Below, in pieces: positions 1-13,800 of a DNA stretch of 64,000 bases. The stretch's first letter is position 1. Each line of letters starts with the position of its first letter. Under the pieces are notes generated by a model. It worked only from the letters and a program-made list of their open reading frames with translations. It was not told where the DNA came from and ran no database searches. Origin of the DNA: Phallusia mammillata. Lineage: Eukaryota. The position numbers and the translations under genes are program-made. The stretch spans positions 14,012,001 to 14,076,000 of the forward strand of contig OZ281497.1 in NCBI GenBank assembly GCA_965637545.1, in the 5' to 3' direction.

Positions 1-899
1 TCATGGGAGCTCCAGAATAGGCGACTCGCACAGATTTTCTGTTTCTGAAGATCCCGAAGAGAAATATTCAATGGTATGTGTGTAGCATACATGTTCTAAC
101 ACTAACATCCATGTATAACTTTTCAATACCGCCAAGTTGGCCGAGTGGTTAGCGCAACCGCCTTGTGATCACAAGGTCGTTGGTTCTAATCCCATCTCGG
201 TCGCTTGTGTTTCCCTGAGCAAGAAACTTAAGCGGCATTGCTCCAACCCAGTGGTTTCCAATGGGTTGAACTAAATTGAAGTCACCAACTGCCTAAAATC
301 GAAAAAAATCAAAAAAAAAATGATCATCGGACTTGCAATAAAACAGGCAGCTCGACGGCGGACTCATTGTGAGCATAACGCATTCAGGCGTTGCCCGCCC
401 ACCGAGGATAAAAATGAAACAAACAAACAAACAAACAAACAATAGCTTTCTTTGCATTTAACGCGTAGAAGCGGGCCACTTTAAACACGCGGACTTTATT
501 TATTTAGGAACACATTCGAGCGTTATATAACGAACTCGGTGCTGAAGATCAAGACGCGGTACCCATTCAAACTCTTATGCGCCACCCAGTGTTTGAGGAT
601 GCTGTGTGTGAAACGAAGCGACATGGATGTCCTGTAAGTGTAAATTGTACATGATTTTAATAAAACAAACATATCAGATATTAAAATGCGATAACCACTG
701 AGAATATGGTCAGTTTTCATAAGCCTTGTACGGTTATTTGTGGCATCCATGAAATGTTTGCCCAACGCTAACACAATTGATTTTGATATTGTAATAAAAC
801 GTTAATGCAACTTTTTCAATGCAGGATATTCGATCGATCTTCACTCGTCAAACACTTCAAGCACTTGATGCTGACGACGCACAATCGGATCAAACTTGA
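1..899 (+). CDS. SPEF2: 3' end (last three coding exons: <1-73, 508-633, 825-899) of a sperm flagellar protein 2-like gene
   Basis: GT-AG phase-0 junctions join to give HGSSRIGDSHRFSVSEDPEEKYSM|EHIRALYNELGAEDQDAVPIQTLMRHPVFEDAVCETKRHGCP|DIRSIFTRQTLQALDADDAQSDQT*. The spacing of DSxRF...(E/D)LGA...HP...PDI matches my recollection of the SPEF2 C-terminus. Only about 90 aa are visible. Confidence 0.7.
131..442 (+). mobile_element. tRNA-derived SINE in the SPEF2-like intron
   Basis: Pol III A-box TGGCCGAGTGG (138-148) and B-box GGTTCTAATCC (182-192). These are followed by a TTGTGTTTCCCTGAGCAAGAAACTT segment resembling the conserved GTGTCCTTGRGCAAGACACTT SINE core, and by a terminal (AAAC)n tail at about 417-442. 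Confidence 0.8.
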
Positions 900-1172
900 T
901 TTTTGCATTGACTGTTTTAATGTTTTTTTACCGTTTTATGCTTCGTAAAGGATTTGTTTTGCGTTTATTGCACAAATATATAATTTTTATTGGCTTATTT
1001 CATGTATCCTTTTTCTACTTATTTCAACAAATACGTTTCTGAAAATATTAAAAGGAACTTTTACGTCGGTAAATCGTTTTCTTGACACAACGACTGCAAC
1101 CTGTGCATCAGCACGTCTTAGGTTTCATCTGACTTCTGAGAACAAAGTAAGAACCAAAATAGAAAACACCAC

Positions 1173-1178
1173 TTTATT
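1173..1178 (-). terminator. Putative polyadenylation signal (AATAAA) of the lipid transfer protein gene
   Basis: TTTATT on the + strand, about 625 nt past the TAA at 1804-1806 and just before the convergent SPEF2-like 3' end. Confidence 0.5.
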
Positions 1179-1803
1179 GAAACAACCTCATTTGTGGCAC
1201 ACACAATAGTAGTACAAACAGTATCAAAAGAGTCCATTACATGATTGAAGTTTTTTGACACAGTCGATAATTTTCAACCATGCTACGCACCAGGAAAACG
1301 ACAAACAGTTTGCTCAAATCGACTTTCAACATTTTAAGACAGTATTTTTTTCACCGCATTAGTCCGCAGTTAGCAAAGACGTGCAATGTAATGGAGTACG
1401 TATGTAAGGGCATTGCAAGGCTATATACAGTGTTAACACTTCTGGGTAAGTATGTGGCACCCTCTAGACTACGCTGGTTTATGTACAGATTTTGAGGTAG
1501 TTTGTCGGTTAGAACGTTGTTGGAAGGCTGCCGAAGTCGGTCAGAAAACTGTCCGTCTTAACGGTGTCTTGGTTACATGGGCATTACTTACAAAATTTGG
1601 TACAAAAAATGTTATGTACAGCGGCACAAAAAAACATACAAATCACGAAATATGCATTGATAACGAAATGTAATAGTTTGAACACTTTAACTTGTAAAAA
1701 AAGGATGGCTAAAAAAGTAAGAAACCGGCTTGTATAAAAAAGTTAAGGCAATGTTCCGCTCTGTGTGCATTTCATGCAATGTTGAATTGTTGCTGGCAAG
1801 AAT

Positions 1804-4800
1804 TTAGCATGCGGTGCAAATTTGGCGTGTGATGCCGCTGGGAAAGCTAACGCATCTGCAGTTGGCACAGTTACTTGCTGGTGTGACACCTAAATAAAAA
1901 AAGACATTGTTAGAATAAAACAATATCAAATGGAATCGTATCTATATGTGCTTTATTTTATTTTGTTTTTTTTGATACCGTTCTTCGAATTTTAACCAAG
2001 TTGTTTTTGTTAAATGTTGAACCCCCAGAATGGAAAGGTGTCTCAATTTTTTTACCTGCAAGACGCTTGGCAACAGCCGCTGTCACTGGTTTTCCGGCAG
2101 TTCGTGTTCTTGTAGCCAGCTGTGGCGCGCTCCACACAGAACCATCGTTTACAGATGACAGCATGTTTGAGCAGATGTCCGTTTGCGAAACCAGCACCTT
2201 TAAAGCAAGATTATCATAGTTTCACAGAGTATTTTGACAACAATATAATTTACGGAATATTCCTATTGAGGACTTATACCGCATGTGAGTTGTGTAATTA
2301 CCTGATTAAGTTGATCAGCAATTGCAGTTGGATTTTCGCCTCGGATCGATTTTTTAGTGAAGGCGCCGATTTTGTCATAACCGACAACATAGTTTTTGCT
2401 ATTGACCGGTTTGTTGGTGCGAGACGCTTTGGTTTCAATTTCCTGGTTTCGAATCAGATGGAAGTTGATTTCAAAATTGTTAAACATATCAACAACTTCC
2501 GACTGGTCGATCTGCAAAAATTTAGAAAAAATATATTAATGAAACAGCGTAAATTTAGTGGGCATATTTCGATGGGAGAAATTGAAACAAAAAAGTGCAT
2601 TATATTTCTGTGATCAACTAAGCTTCGGACAAAACAACTTTAACATGTTAGAATTGATTACCTTTGGTGATGTCTGGCAATCACTGCAAGTCAGCATCAC
2701 AATGTTTCGTTTTGATGCAGCCTTGAATGGATACATTGCCGCTTGCTTCAAGGCTTCAACGGCAAAAGCACCAGAGTTTGTAGAGGAAGTCGATGGTTCC
2801 ACAAACCGTTTCAACATCTTCTCCAAGCTGTGTGCAGTTCCCATCAGCTGACCGTCAATCGTCACAGTATGCATGTTCACACCGGTTGAATCATACACCA
2901 CCAATCCGTAGCGAGAGTTCTCGTCACCAGCTCCAAGCAGACGGAGAAGACGTGGAAGAGTTGCACGCAAGATGGTGATACATGAGCCACCTTCCATCAC
3001 GAAAACTGTTTCCATAGCAACTGCGGGTTCGTCCACTTCTGTTTGGCACGTAACGCATGATTGCGGTGCTTCAATCTTCGCTCCTAGTTTTTCACACTTT
3101 ATTCTGTGGAAAAAAGAGGTCTCGTAAATTTAGAAATGTACATTTTATATTTTTAAACAACGCTCTCTCATTTAAATTCTACATCACAATAGTCGCATTT
3201 CATTTTCTTACCTGTACGCTGTGGCCAAATCACAAGCCTGTTCTTGATCACAGAGTTGACGTCTGCATGCGTCCAAGTACGGTTGAGGATCAACAACAGC
3301 GAAGCATGCTCTCAAATCCGAATCCGATGATTCAAACATGGTGGCACAAACCTACATAAAGGTAAAACAACATTAAAATAAAAACACACACACACACAAT
3401 CAATATGTCACTAAGAATAATACTTACATCATTTTCACTGGCACAAGACGATGTAGATGTGGTTACGGTCGGACATGTAAGAAGGTTGGAGTCGGAAACA
3501 ACAGCCCAGCTATCTTGTTCTTCCATTGCGTCGTTACGTTTGTTGCCATTTACGTCAACGATGTCGTTCTCAGGTTCGTTGTCCATGCTTCCCATCAGAC
3601 CCGAAACGCGACCGTGGTAGAACGGACCAAGTTGAAGTTGGCAAACTATGTTGTTGGTCATTGAGCAAGTTAGAGTGACGTCTCGGTGTTTGGCCACAGC
3701 AACAATTGTTGAATGTGTTCGGGTGATGGCCACTGTGTCATCTTCGTATGGAAGATGGACTGCTTGAGAATTGACGCTCACCTGTAATCAATGGAAATTG
3801 TTTAACTTAGTGAGGTTTAATGGAGCAGCAAATTTTCATATTTACATGCAACTAGAAGAGTGGCTTTCTGATATACTTCCATTTTATATATTCTATACGA
3901 TATTTACCAATTTACTATACACACCATTTGATCTACACATATGATTGTTTTTGTAAACAAAAACTAATGGGTCCCCACACACGCGTTTGTGCGGATTTAC
4001 AGTAACAAATGTTGTGGTGATTTTTACATTCTTAAGGGCAAATTTTTAGAAAGCATTAACCCAACAATACAAAAAATTGTTCGTATTCTTTTTGCACTAT
4101 TATTGTCATGTAATTACAAAATTATAAAAACGTAACAAAGACTTAAATCTAATCTCTTGCTTTGACCCAGATATAGTCCTCCAAGGTCGGGTTTTGAACA
4201 CAATTTTTTTTAGAAAGCTGTAACAGTTGTGTTACAGACACTTTAAATTTAAAAGCAATTTGCTACAAGTGTATACATAACAAATTGTTTTTCATTTAAC
4301 TTTGTTTCGCAAAACGAGTACCATTGACCTGTAGTAACCTCTCAGGGTGCACACGCCAAACGACTGTTTGACCTTTTGACACCGTTTTCAATAGCACGCT
4401 GTCATTCGTGTTCAACAATACTGTTAAGCCTAATTTATACATGCCTTGAGTATTGACTCCTAAATTGATTGTCAAAAAAATGCTACGTTATGAAGAAAGT
4501 TCTGAGCTGTGTTTGTAATACCGACTAGTTGACCTTAAGTAACCCGTGATCATGCGGCGGCCAACCTGACAGCGAGCATTTAAAAAAACACTTATTTGGC
4601 AAAAAAGTCAAGGTAATTTTTTCATCTTAACTTTTATTAACAAAGTTTTTCTTGACATATACAAAACCGAAGCACGGTTATTAGGCTTAAATTACGTCAT
4701 AGGTGTAAAACCTTCGCCAAAACTAAAAATGTGAGTGATAACTTAATAAAACGACATAGCATTGCTGTGCAAAACAGCTGATTTCTAATTACTGAAACGA

Positions 4801-7800
4801 CGTCTCGTAAAACGTCTGTCCGACGTCAAGCTGAGCCCTCCCGCTATCGTAAACCATTGAGTTACTCTCTTGGTACTTCTGCCTACAGTGTCTTTCTTGA
4901 CCAAACGAGCGTTAGACACATTTACGTTTCGGGGGCCTGTGGGTGAACCTCTGGGTCATACGGGGTCAAAATTCACATGGACCATCTTTAGACCAATACC
5001 TATAATGTGTGTAAATTTGAAAAAGTTTAACCCATTCTTTCTTGACCAAAACGTGGAAACAATAGCCGCGCTAAAAATTTCACGTTTTGGGGTGCTGTGG
5101 GTGAACCGAGGGATCAAAGGGGGTCAAAAGTCACATGGACCATCTTTAGACCAATACCTATAATGTGTGTAAATTTGAAAAAGTTTGAACCATTCTTTCT
5201 TGACCAAAACGTGGGAACAAATCCGCGCTAAAAATTTCACGTTTTGGGGGGCTGTGGGTGAACCGAGGGATCAAACGGGGTCAAAATTCACATGGACCAT
5301 CTTTAGACCAATATCTGTAATGTGTGTAAATTTGAAAAAGATTGAACCATTCTTTGTTGACCAAAACGTGGGAACAAATCTGCGTTAGAAAGAAAAAAAG
5401 AAAAAAAGAAAAAAGAAAAAAGAAAAAAAGAAAAAAAAAATATAGACAAAAACAATATGTGTCCCCTTCAGGGAAGGGGACCCATAATGAAAACGACAAG
5501 GACTCATTCGTTGTAAATTTACTACATTATATCAGTTGGGGAAAAAGCTTTGTGTGTGTGATTTCACTACTCACCAAGTTGTTGGAATGAATTTGAAGTG
5601 TTTTCGAACTTCCATCGGCGTTCTTGGTTTTGAGAAGATACGAACTGGCACCCTCTGGTGTTCTCTGCATTACCAGTGAGAAATTGCCGTCCAAGTAGTC
5701 TTGAGATAGAAGATGAGCGCAGCGAAGTGCTTCCACGTCATAAACCTTTCCATCGAAAGTTACTATTTGCTTATTGTTGATCACTGATGCATAAGCCGGG
5801 AAGGGAGGAACACTAGTTTCCGCATTCCACTCTGCCATCCACCTGTTGAGTTGTTGTCAGTTAGCGATAGTTGTTTTGATTCAACTAATTTGAAGATTGA
5901 TATGAATACCTGTAGTAACGATTGCGCATGTTGAATCCAAGCATTTCCCGGATGACTTTGGTAGCTACAGTTCCAGCAAGCCAATCTCGCACAACGTTCG
6001 CAGCAGGGGTAACACCTAAAGACATGATTGTGTAAGATGGACTTAACAACATTTTGGGTGTTCATATGTTACTCAATCACTTACCGAAGCTTTGTGTAGA
6101 ATACACGGTTGGGAAGTTGATCAGAAGCTGCTCAGTGCCGAAATAAACAAGTCTGCTGGTTGGTGGAGTTGATCCTGTCACAAGCTGGTATAACTTGCGA
6201 TCAAGTGTGTCGATCTTGTGGTTAACAATCTGTACAAAGTTTGTGTTTTAGTGTTATCGAAACCTTGACCACGATATATATTGTTAGCTTTCGTATCGAA
6301 TAGTTTTTTCACCCACCTCATTTGCATACTTGACAACCATCCAACCCAACTTGGTCTGCCCTGTTGTTCCGAACAAGGATGTGGCTGTTCGTTCCACTTC
6401 TTCCTTCAATATTGTGATGAGGCTATCATAATACGCAGTTCGTAGTTGATCCAGAGGCATACCTTTATTAAAAAACATTCTGTCACAAAAATCACGATTG
6501 CGTTAAAGTCAACAATCAGACAAATTGCTTACCGATTTTGGAAAGCAATTGTTGGATTTGTTGGTTCTGATCTAAATAACTGCTTTGAAGGTTAGATGTC
6601 TGAATGTTTCTGACAGAAAGTTTCATCCAAGTAAAAGCTTGAGTCATTTTGTTTTGAATAGTATTCATGTAAGGTGTCTAAACAGATGTTTTGTTATTCA
6701 TCTTGCACCAATGAAAATATGTTTCAGTCTCGGTGGGCATGTTATACTTACCAATGCGTTTGTCGGTACATTTTCACTAAAAAGGTTTACAATTTGCGTG
6801 AAAGCTTCTTCAACGGTGTCCAAATCCAACACGACTTTAGACAAGGATTCGCGTCTTGACCTAAAAATATATAGTTGGTATTAGTGGTGAATTTGGCATT
6901 CGGTTTGCCAGAACATTGGATTGATTCACACCTCAATTTAAGTTGCATCCAGCCTTCTGCAGGTCGCGTCAATGAAGCAAGTGCGAGATCGGTGTCTTGG
7001 GGTGCCTGAGTTCCAACTGGTTCTTCCAGGAAGCATCGCACAAACAACGTTTCGCTGTTGCTTCTACCCATGATCGAAATATCTCCAGCATCGTGTTCTG
7101 TTTTAAACAACATCTTTCATTAGATATTTAACTAAGCAAAAATTTCATTTGAGGGAAAACATTAACAAGCATTTACACACAAGCCCTAAAACTAGTGATG
7201 TACCGAATCGGCGAAATTTCGATTCGGCCGAAACCGAATATTCGGTGGTTTTGCCGAATAAATTCGGCCGAATCAACCGAATCATTTATGACGTCACGCG
7301 AAGTCGTAAGCTACGCGTTTGACATGAAAATATAAGTTTATCTTCCAGGCAATTAGTGCAGAATGGTTGTGTTTCGTCCCTATTTTAGTTCTGTGGGGTT
7401 TAACATTGGCTCAAGCATGATTGCCAACCTGACAATGAATTACTGATTAGTTGTCTGCAGTGGTAAAAGCGATAATGTGTTAAAAAAGATAATGATTGGC
7501 GCGATTTTCGTTGGTACTATGCAGAAAAGACACGTTTAACGCTTTAAATATGTGTTCGTAAAAGATTCGGTTTCGGCCGAATCGCAACAAATTATTCGGC
7601 CGAAACCGAATCTTTGCAAAAGTGGCCGATTCGGCCGAATAAATTCGGCAAACCGAATATTCGGTACATCTCTACCTAAAACATCTTTTCCTAGATAGGC
7701 TGAGACCAATTTATGTGATGCGATTTACGTAGGTCTTACTTGTTGAATATCCCGAACTGAGAGTCACAGAATCTGAACCGACAAGTACAGTTTGTCGCAG

Positions 7801-10800
7801 ATGTATAGCAGCAGCTAAATCAGTGGAAGACACATAACGCGTTCCATAAACGTCAACGCTTCTTTCGAAAACAGTCTTGACCGGTTCGAAGTACGGCGAC
7901 AGAACCTGAAAACAAATAAATCAATAACTTAAATCATAAAAACTTCGGTGCTTAAGTTGATTTGCAAATCGAGTTTTCAACATACTGTCAGTTCATTTCG
8001 GTCCATTACGACGTTGTCGTTCCACTTCAATCCAAATTCTTCTGGTTTAAAACCGTACTTCGCAATTACGTACATAGCACGGGATCCGCTCGACTTGGCG
8101 TATGACGCAAGCAAAGCATATGACAAGTTTTTACCGACGCATTCCATAGAAACCTCAGCGGTGTAATTTAGTTCTACAGAAACACAAACATAAAAAAGTC
8201 AGATATAATAGTTATACATATTTGTCTTGCTGTCTTACCGTTTTCATATGTGCCATTTTGAAGAACGAAAGACAGTGTTTTGTCGTTGTCAGTGTTGTCT
8301 CCACGCCTTAACATGCCGCTTACTCCATACAGAGTTGTATCATAATCCTTCATGGCTGACATTGTTACCAACAAACCCTAAAATACAAAAACGGTTAACT
8401 TGAATACCATGGCAAAGTTGCAATGCAACGACAGAACACATTATACGAACCTCTACCATCATATCCCCATTTAACGTGAAAGTCGTATCAAGACGTCCAG
8501 TTTCTGTTTTATCGACAACCAAACTCATGCGAGAGTTTTGACTGACTGGCATATTTGCAACAAACAAGTCCTGCAAAAAAAATTCAAATTGTAAAATCGG
8601 TTACCAACGAGGCATAAAAATGATAAATATTTTTATTACTAATTTATGCTTACCGCAAATGGTTGCTGTGTGCTCATTTCGATGGTGTGGTAGTTCTCCC
8701 TCCTTGCCGACCCTTCAGCAGTAAATGCAAAAGTGTTTGCACCACTGGTTGCATTTGCAGATATTGTTGCTGTATCGGCCGTCTTCTTTGCAGTCATGTC
8801 CAAGTAAGCGGGCTGCATAGAAAATAATTTTAAGTTATTTACTAAATCTGAAACTTCGAAAATGAAAATTTTCGTATTTACCTGGTTAAGTTGTGGAAAG
8901 ATTTCTGCGAGTTTCACTGGCTCAACAGTAAACTTCAAATTGTAACCTTGACGAGAGTCGAGTTCGTTGTCAAGGGACACAAATCGTCCTAAATGGGATT
9001 AAAAATGTTAAATATTCAATTCAAACGTTTCGCAAAATAAAAAAATAAATCCGGCAACGCACCAGATATGGAATCAGGATCAGCTTCATTAATCGCAGTT
9101 TTTGCCCTAAAAGAAGTGGTTTTGTCTTGACTGGTTACCGAGCAAGAGATATCCAGTGAACGCAAGTCAATGCCTTCGAATGGTTGTTTGAGCATAATGT
9201 CAGCCTGGGAAAATGCAAAATAAATTTATACACCTTGAACACCTACAGGCCGAAGAAAGGATTAAGTGCGACTTACCTGCAACACTCCTGGTTGAGATGC
9301 TGCAAAACGTTGTTGGGCAATGATCTGATTTTGATCGTTGTAGCGAACTCGCCAGTCATTGCTCACATGGGTACTAGACAGTTCCAAGTCGCCGTTAACA
9401 GCTAACTTCGATGGGAGTTTGGTAGTAAACGGATGGTTCAACTCAGCAACGAGGCTGTGTGCACCATAAACGCGAGCTGGGAAACCACCGTCGTACTGTA
9501 CACTGGCGTTGACAAGTTTCATCTCACCACTTGCATCACTCCACTCAACGGAGGTGTCAACTTTGGCACTATCGGCGTATGTTACTGCTGATGTCTTCAT
9601 GCTCACTTGTTTCGACACTCCGGCCGCTGACAATTCTTCGATGTTGTGATCAAGACTGAAGTCGAAAATTGTGGTGCTAAACTCGCTGTCAGTTTCACGT
9701 CGCTCCACGGCAAACTGGGATTGGCCATTTCGGTCTCCAACGACACCCAACATTTTCAAGCTTCTTCGTGCTGTAAGCGAAGTGTCTAGTTGGGATGTGA
9801 GATCGACGAACTCAAATTGAGCTTCGAGCATGTTGTTCTGGTCGTTTGTTGGGAAATTGTTGTTTAGCAATTCGATGTTTTGATGCGTTAGAAGTGCACC
9901 AAACTTAGTGCCAACCGCTCCCAGGCCGCAGAAAGTTGTGAAGTTCATCAGTTGGTCGCCTGTTGCTTCGTATGTTGCGTTAAGTTTCATTGTTCTGCCG
10001 AAAACATCATCATTCTCAGCGTTGATCGCAAGCACGCCTACCGCATTTTGTGGAATAATATTATTTAGTGATTCCAAACTCTGTCGATATTTGAAAGTCG
10101 TTTGATGGCTGAAGTCCGATTGTACGTCTTTTTCGATTTCAAACAACAGCGATAGCTTCTCTTCTTCGTTTGAACGCACATCAAGCTGATAGCTGAGAAG
10201 TTGCTTGAGTTCTGTGTCAACGACCGTACGCTCTTGCATCCAATAGTTGTTCGGCAAACCAAACCTATCAGTCATTAACGTGACATTGTGTTGAAGAGTG
10301 AGGACATAGGTAACGGACCATTTGTCGACATTTTCGTATTGAATGTCAATGTCACGGACAGAGATGGTGATTTCTTCATCTCCCATTTGAGCATTGAGTT
10401 CAGCTTTCAGTTCTCCAGATTCTGTTTCATCAATCATTACAGAAATCATTATCGGACCCGATATGTAGTCTTCTGGGATAAATGACGGCATGTCAAGTCT
10501 CATTGTGACGTCAATAATAGGATCAGGATTGGATCGGAAGCCAATGACCGATTTGTTTCCTTGAGCTTCACCAAATTCGACTTCCAAGTCAAGTCCGCTT
10601 TTTTCCATCGACGCGCTATCCCTAACATTGATAACATAACTGGAACCGAAGTCAAGCGACAACTGCAGGGCAGATCCTTCTTCCTTGTCAAATGCCAGGT
10701 TGAAAACTTGAGCCCCGTTAAAATCAACTTGAGCTTTGCCAGTTAGTTGTCTAATAGCAGTCCTTTCCATCGAAGTAGCGACGGTCATGCTACTTGGCAC

Positions 10801-13800
10801 TCCAGCTTCAACGAACATTGGAATATTGTTTGTGAAAGAAATTGTGGTTTCTAGATTTCCGCGGTTTGGCCAGTCCTGGAATTCGAAGTTGCCAGTGTGT
10901 CGCACAACAGCTGTTTCGCTCTCGCCGAGAGAAAGAGTTAGCGCTGCATTGACCATTGGTTCTTCACTGATAGATATTTCTCCCCTCAGGGATGTATCTT
11001 TGGGATATGGAAGCTCCAAATTGTGTTTGGTAGAAATGTCCATTCGGTACACTTGTGGAGACTTTTCCTTCATCATGACAACTGATGTGGAGAAGGTATT
11101 TTCATCAAAGAAAAGCGTCATATTTCCATCAACGCTATTTTCCTCAGTTGTCAGTCCAACGCTCAGTCGGTTTCGCATTGGAAGACCAAGTATTTTCCAA
11201 GTTTTCATGTTGTGAACAAGACCGGATGCAAATGCGTAAGCTCCTTCACCACGCTTTGAAACATCCATTGTCGCTTCCAGTCTGCGAAGATCTCCGACAT
11301 AAGTCAGGTTATAACTTTTGTAAGGGAAACTTCCTGAGATTTTGCCGTTGATCTGAGAAGCGTACGGTAGGCCTGTGATCAAAGTAAGGGTCACCCAATC
11401 GTGGTCGGATGTAAGATCAAATGAATCTGGAGTTAGCGTCAAAGTGCATGTGTTGCTTATACCGGCGGCGGTAAGATCGTACGAGTAAACAGTAACCGTG
11501 TTGTCATCACTTGAAATCTCCTTGTAGGCGTTTAACTCGAAATGCGCGGGTACGTACATACTGCGCAAAGCATCCGAGTCGTGACTGAAAGTCAAAGTAA
11601 ATTCGTCTCTGTTGGTCGCGGCGTTAAATCGTTGTTGTACAAGCATTTGTCCCAACTTTGTGTTTTTCTTTTCGGCGTTCGAGAAGATAGAGAAACTGAA
11701 TCCACCGTCAACTTTTGTACCACTAGCGCTGACTTGGATATCACGGGGAATGCTGTCAAGTTCTTGTAGGTTATGGTTCAAAGTAAACTGCACTTCGATT
11801 GAGTTGGCCTTGTCGCCGCTTCGTGCGTTGCTTAATGACACACCAAACATCTTCTCGCCTTCGTTTACATCCAAAGACAGCGAAGAATCGAAAATGTAGT
11901 TTCCGATTCGGGTAACGTTGAATTGAACATCAATTGTTTTTGGAAGAACACTCCACATCGTGAACAAATTGTTTGTAAACAGGTATGAAATATCCATCCT
12001 ACCAAGTGGATACTTGTCACTTCCAATACTGTACACATTCATATCTAAGACGCTCTTGGCCGTCCAGGTTTGTTCATCCATCGACAATGCACCTTCAATT
12101 CCGAATATGAGATCAGCGTTAGATGGAAGAACAAGTTCCATTGTAGCACAAACAATACGCGGAATTTCGATGTCCTTGAAATTGTGATTAAACTTTGCAG
12201 TGATGTTTGTCACAGGCACAGCGGCTGTGTACGAGATATCGGTGTTGATTTCATTTTCCATATCATCTCTTGTTAAACTCAACCTGGCGCTGATTGCAGA
12301 GGTGTATTTCTTGCCATTGATTGAAAGTGAGCAAGCCAATTTTCGTGAAAGGCTTTCAGTGACTTCTTGCAGACTGGCAAAGTGCAAACTTAACACACGC
12401 AAGTCTTCATCGACAATGTATCCTGTGTTAAAAGAGGCCATTTCTGCATCGTTGATCATAAGGTTTCCACCCAGTGAAGAGTTGTAAACATTGATCGTGT
12501 CGACAGTTACTTTGGCTCTCAGAGATCTTGATACACTCAACCAATCCATGTTTACATTGTGATCAGCACTAAATGTAAGATGGAATTGATTTTGAGGAGA
12601 ATCCGTTTCCAAAGTTTTGCCCCATGTCGCATGAAGGTTAACTTCCATAGGACTTTCAGGAGAGGCATCTTGGATCAATGTGGTCTGAAGACGGGCATTA
12701 TTGGAAATTGTCGAAGCCATAATGGTAATTTTGCCACCATCAAACATGATTCCAATGTTGTTATGCAACTCGCCTTTAACAGTGATGCTTCTATCTGTTG
12801 ACAAACTGTACGAAGCCAGAGCGTTTGCATTCTTCTCACCAAAACTTCCGTTAAAGCCTGCAGAACCTTGTTGGGAATTCACGTTGAAAAACAACCGAAG
12901 GTGGCTAACTGGTGCCAGATTAAGTTGCTCTGTCAGTTGTTTGCAATTGTGATTCAATGAAATCACAAACTCGCTGTCGCTATTTTGAGCATTTTTCCCA
13001 ACTGTGGTTGCAAAGTTAAAGTTTGAATCAGATTTGCTCATTTTTAGGGTAAGTGTTGTACGTTCTTCCTCCACACTCTGAATGTTCCAGCTCAAGTCGC
13101 CATTTCTTATCACTTGATCCAACACGAAGTTATACCCGATCATGCCAACCATCTTTGATTGTGAGTGCACGTAAACGCTCATCTGTGTTTTCATTGGAAG
13201 TTTAATCATCTCCATATCATGGGTAAGCTCAGCTGATGCTCTTGCGCAAGTCTCATTTTTCAAGAATTGCAGAACAAGTGTCATCATCTTTGACTCTTCT
13301 GATTCAGTTTGTTGCATTGTTGAGTTCATTTTCAGGCTCGATTCTTCGTCTCCAACATTCAAAACAATGTTGCTTCTGTACGCTACAGGAATATTGTACT
13401 GAGACAAAAAGTCGATGTTGTGTTGCATGTTGGTCGCTGTGAAGTACAAGAAACCCTCATCATTTTCGGTGATCTTTCCATTGCTAACCAAAGAAATACT
13501 GTTCTTACCAAAGCGGCAAGCAATGTTTGACGACGGACTCTGCCAGTTGTCCATTGAAGCATCAACAGTGAGTTCCATGCTCTGAGCAACGTCACGCGAC
13601 AAATCATGCGTGAGGTTCATCTGAAGATTTACGCCGGATGTTGATAATCGTGGAATGGCGACGTTCATTTCGAACAGTTGTCGTGAAACCCCGTTCATTG
13701 TAGATCGAGCCATAACCCTGCCACTCATTGGTTCCTCAGTCATCTGTGCACTCATCTCGAACTTTCCAACTCGACTGATGCCCCAGTTCTCGGTGATCCA

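Noticed and set aside
131-203. tRNA gene
   Set aside because: A and B boxes are present, but there is no proper anticodon arm or acceptor stem, and the sequence runs on into a SINE core and (AAAC)n tail.
5281-5590. Lys/Arg-rich and Phe-rich ORFs
   Set aside because: These are translations of the A/G simple repeat in the Helentron-type element.
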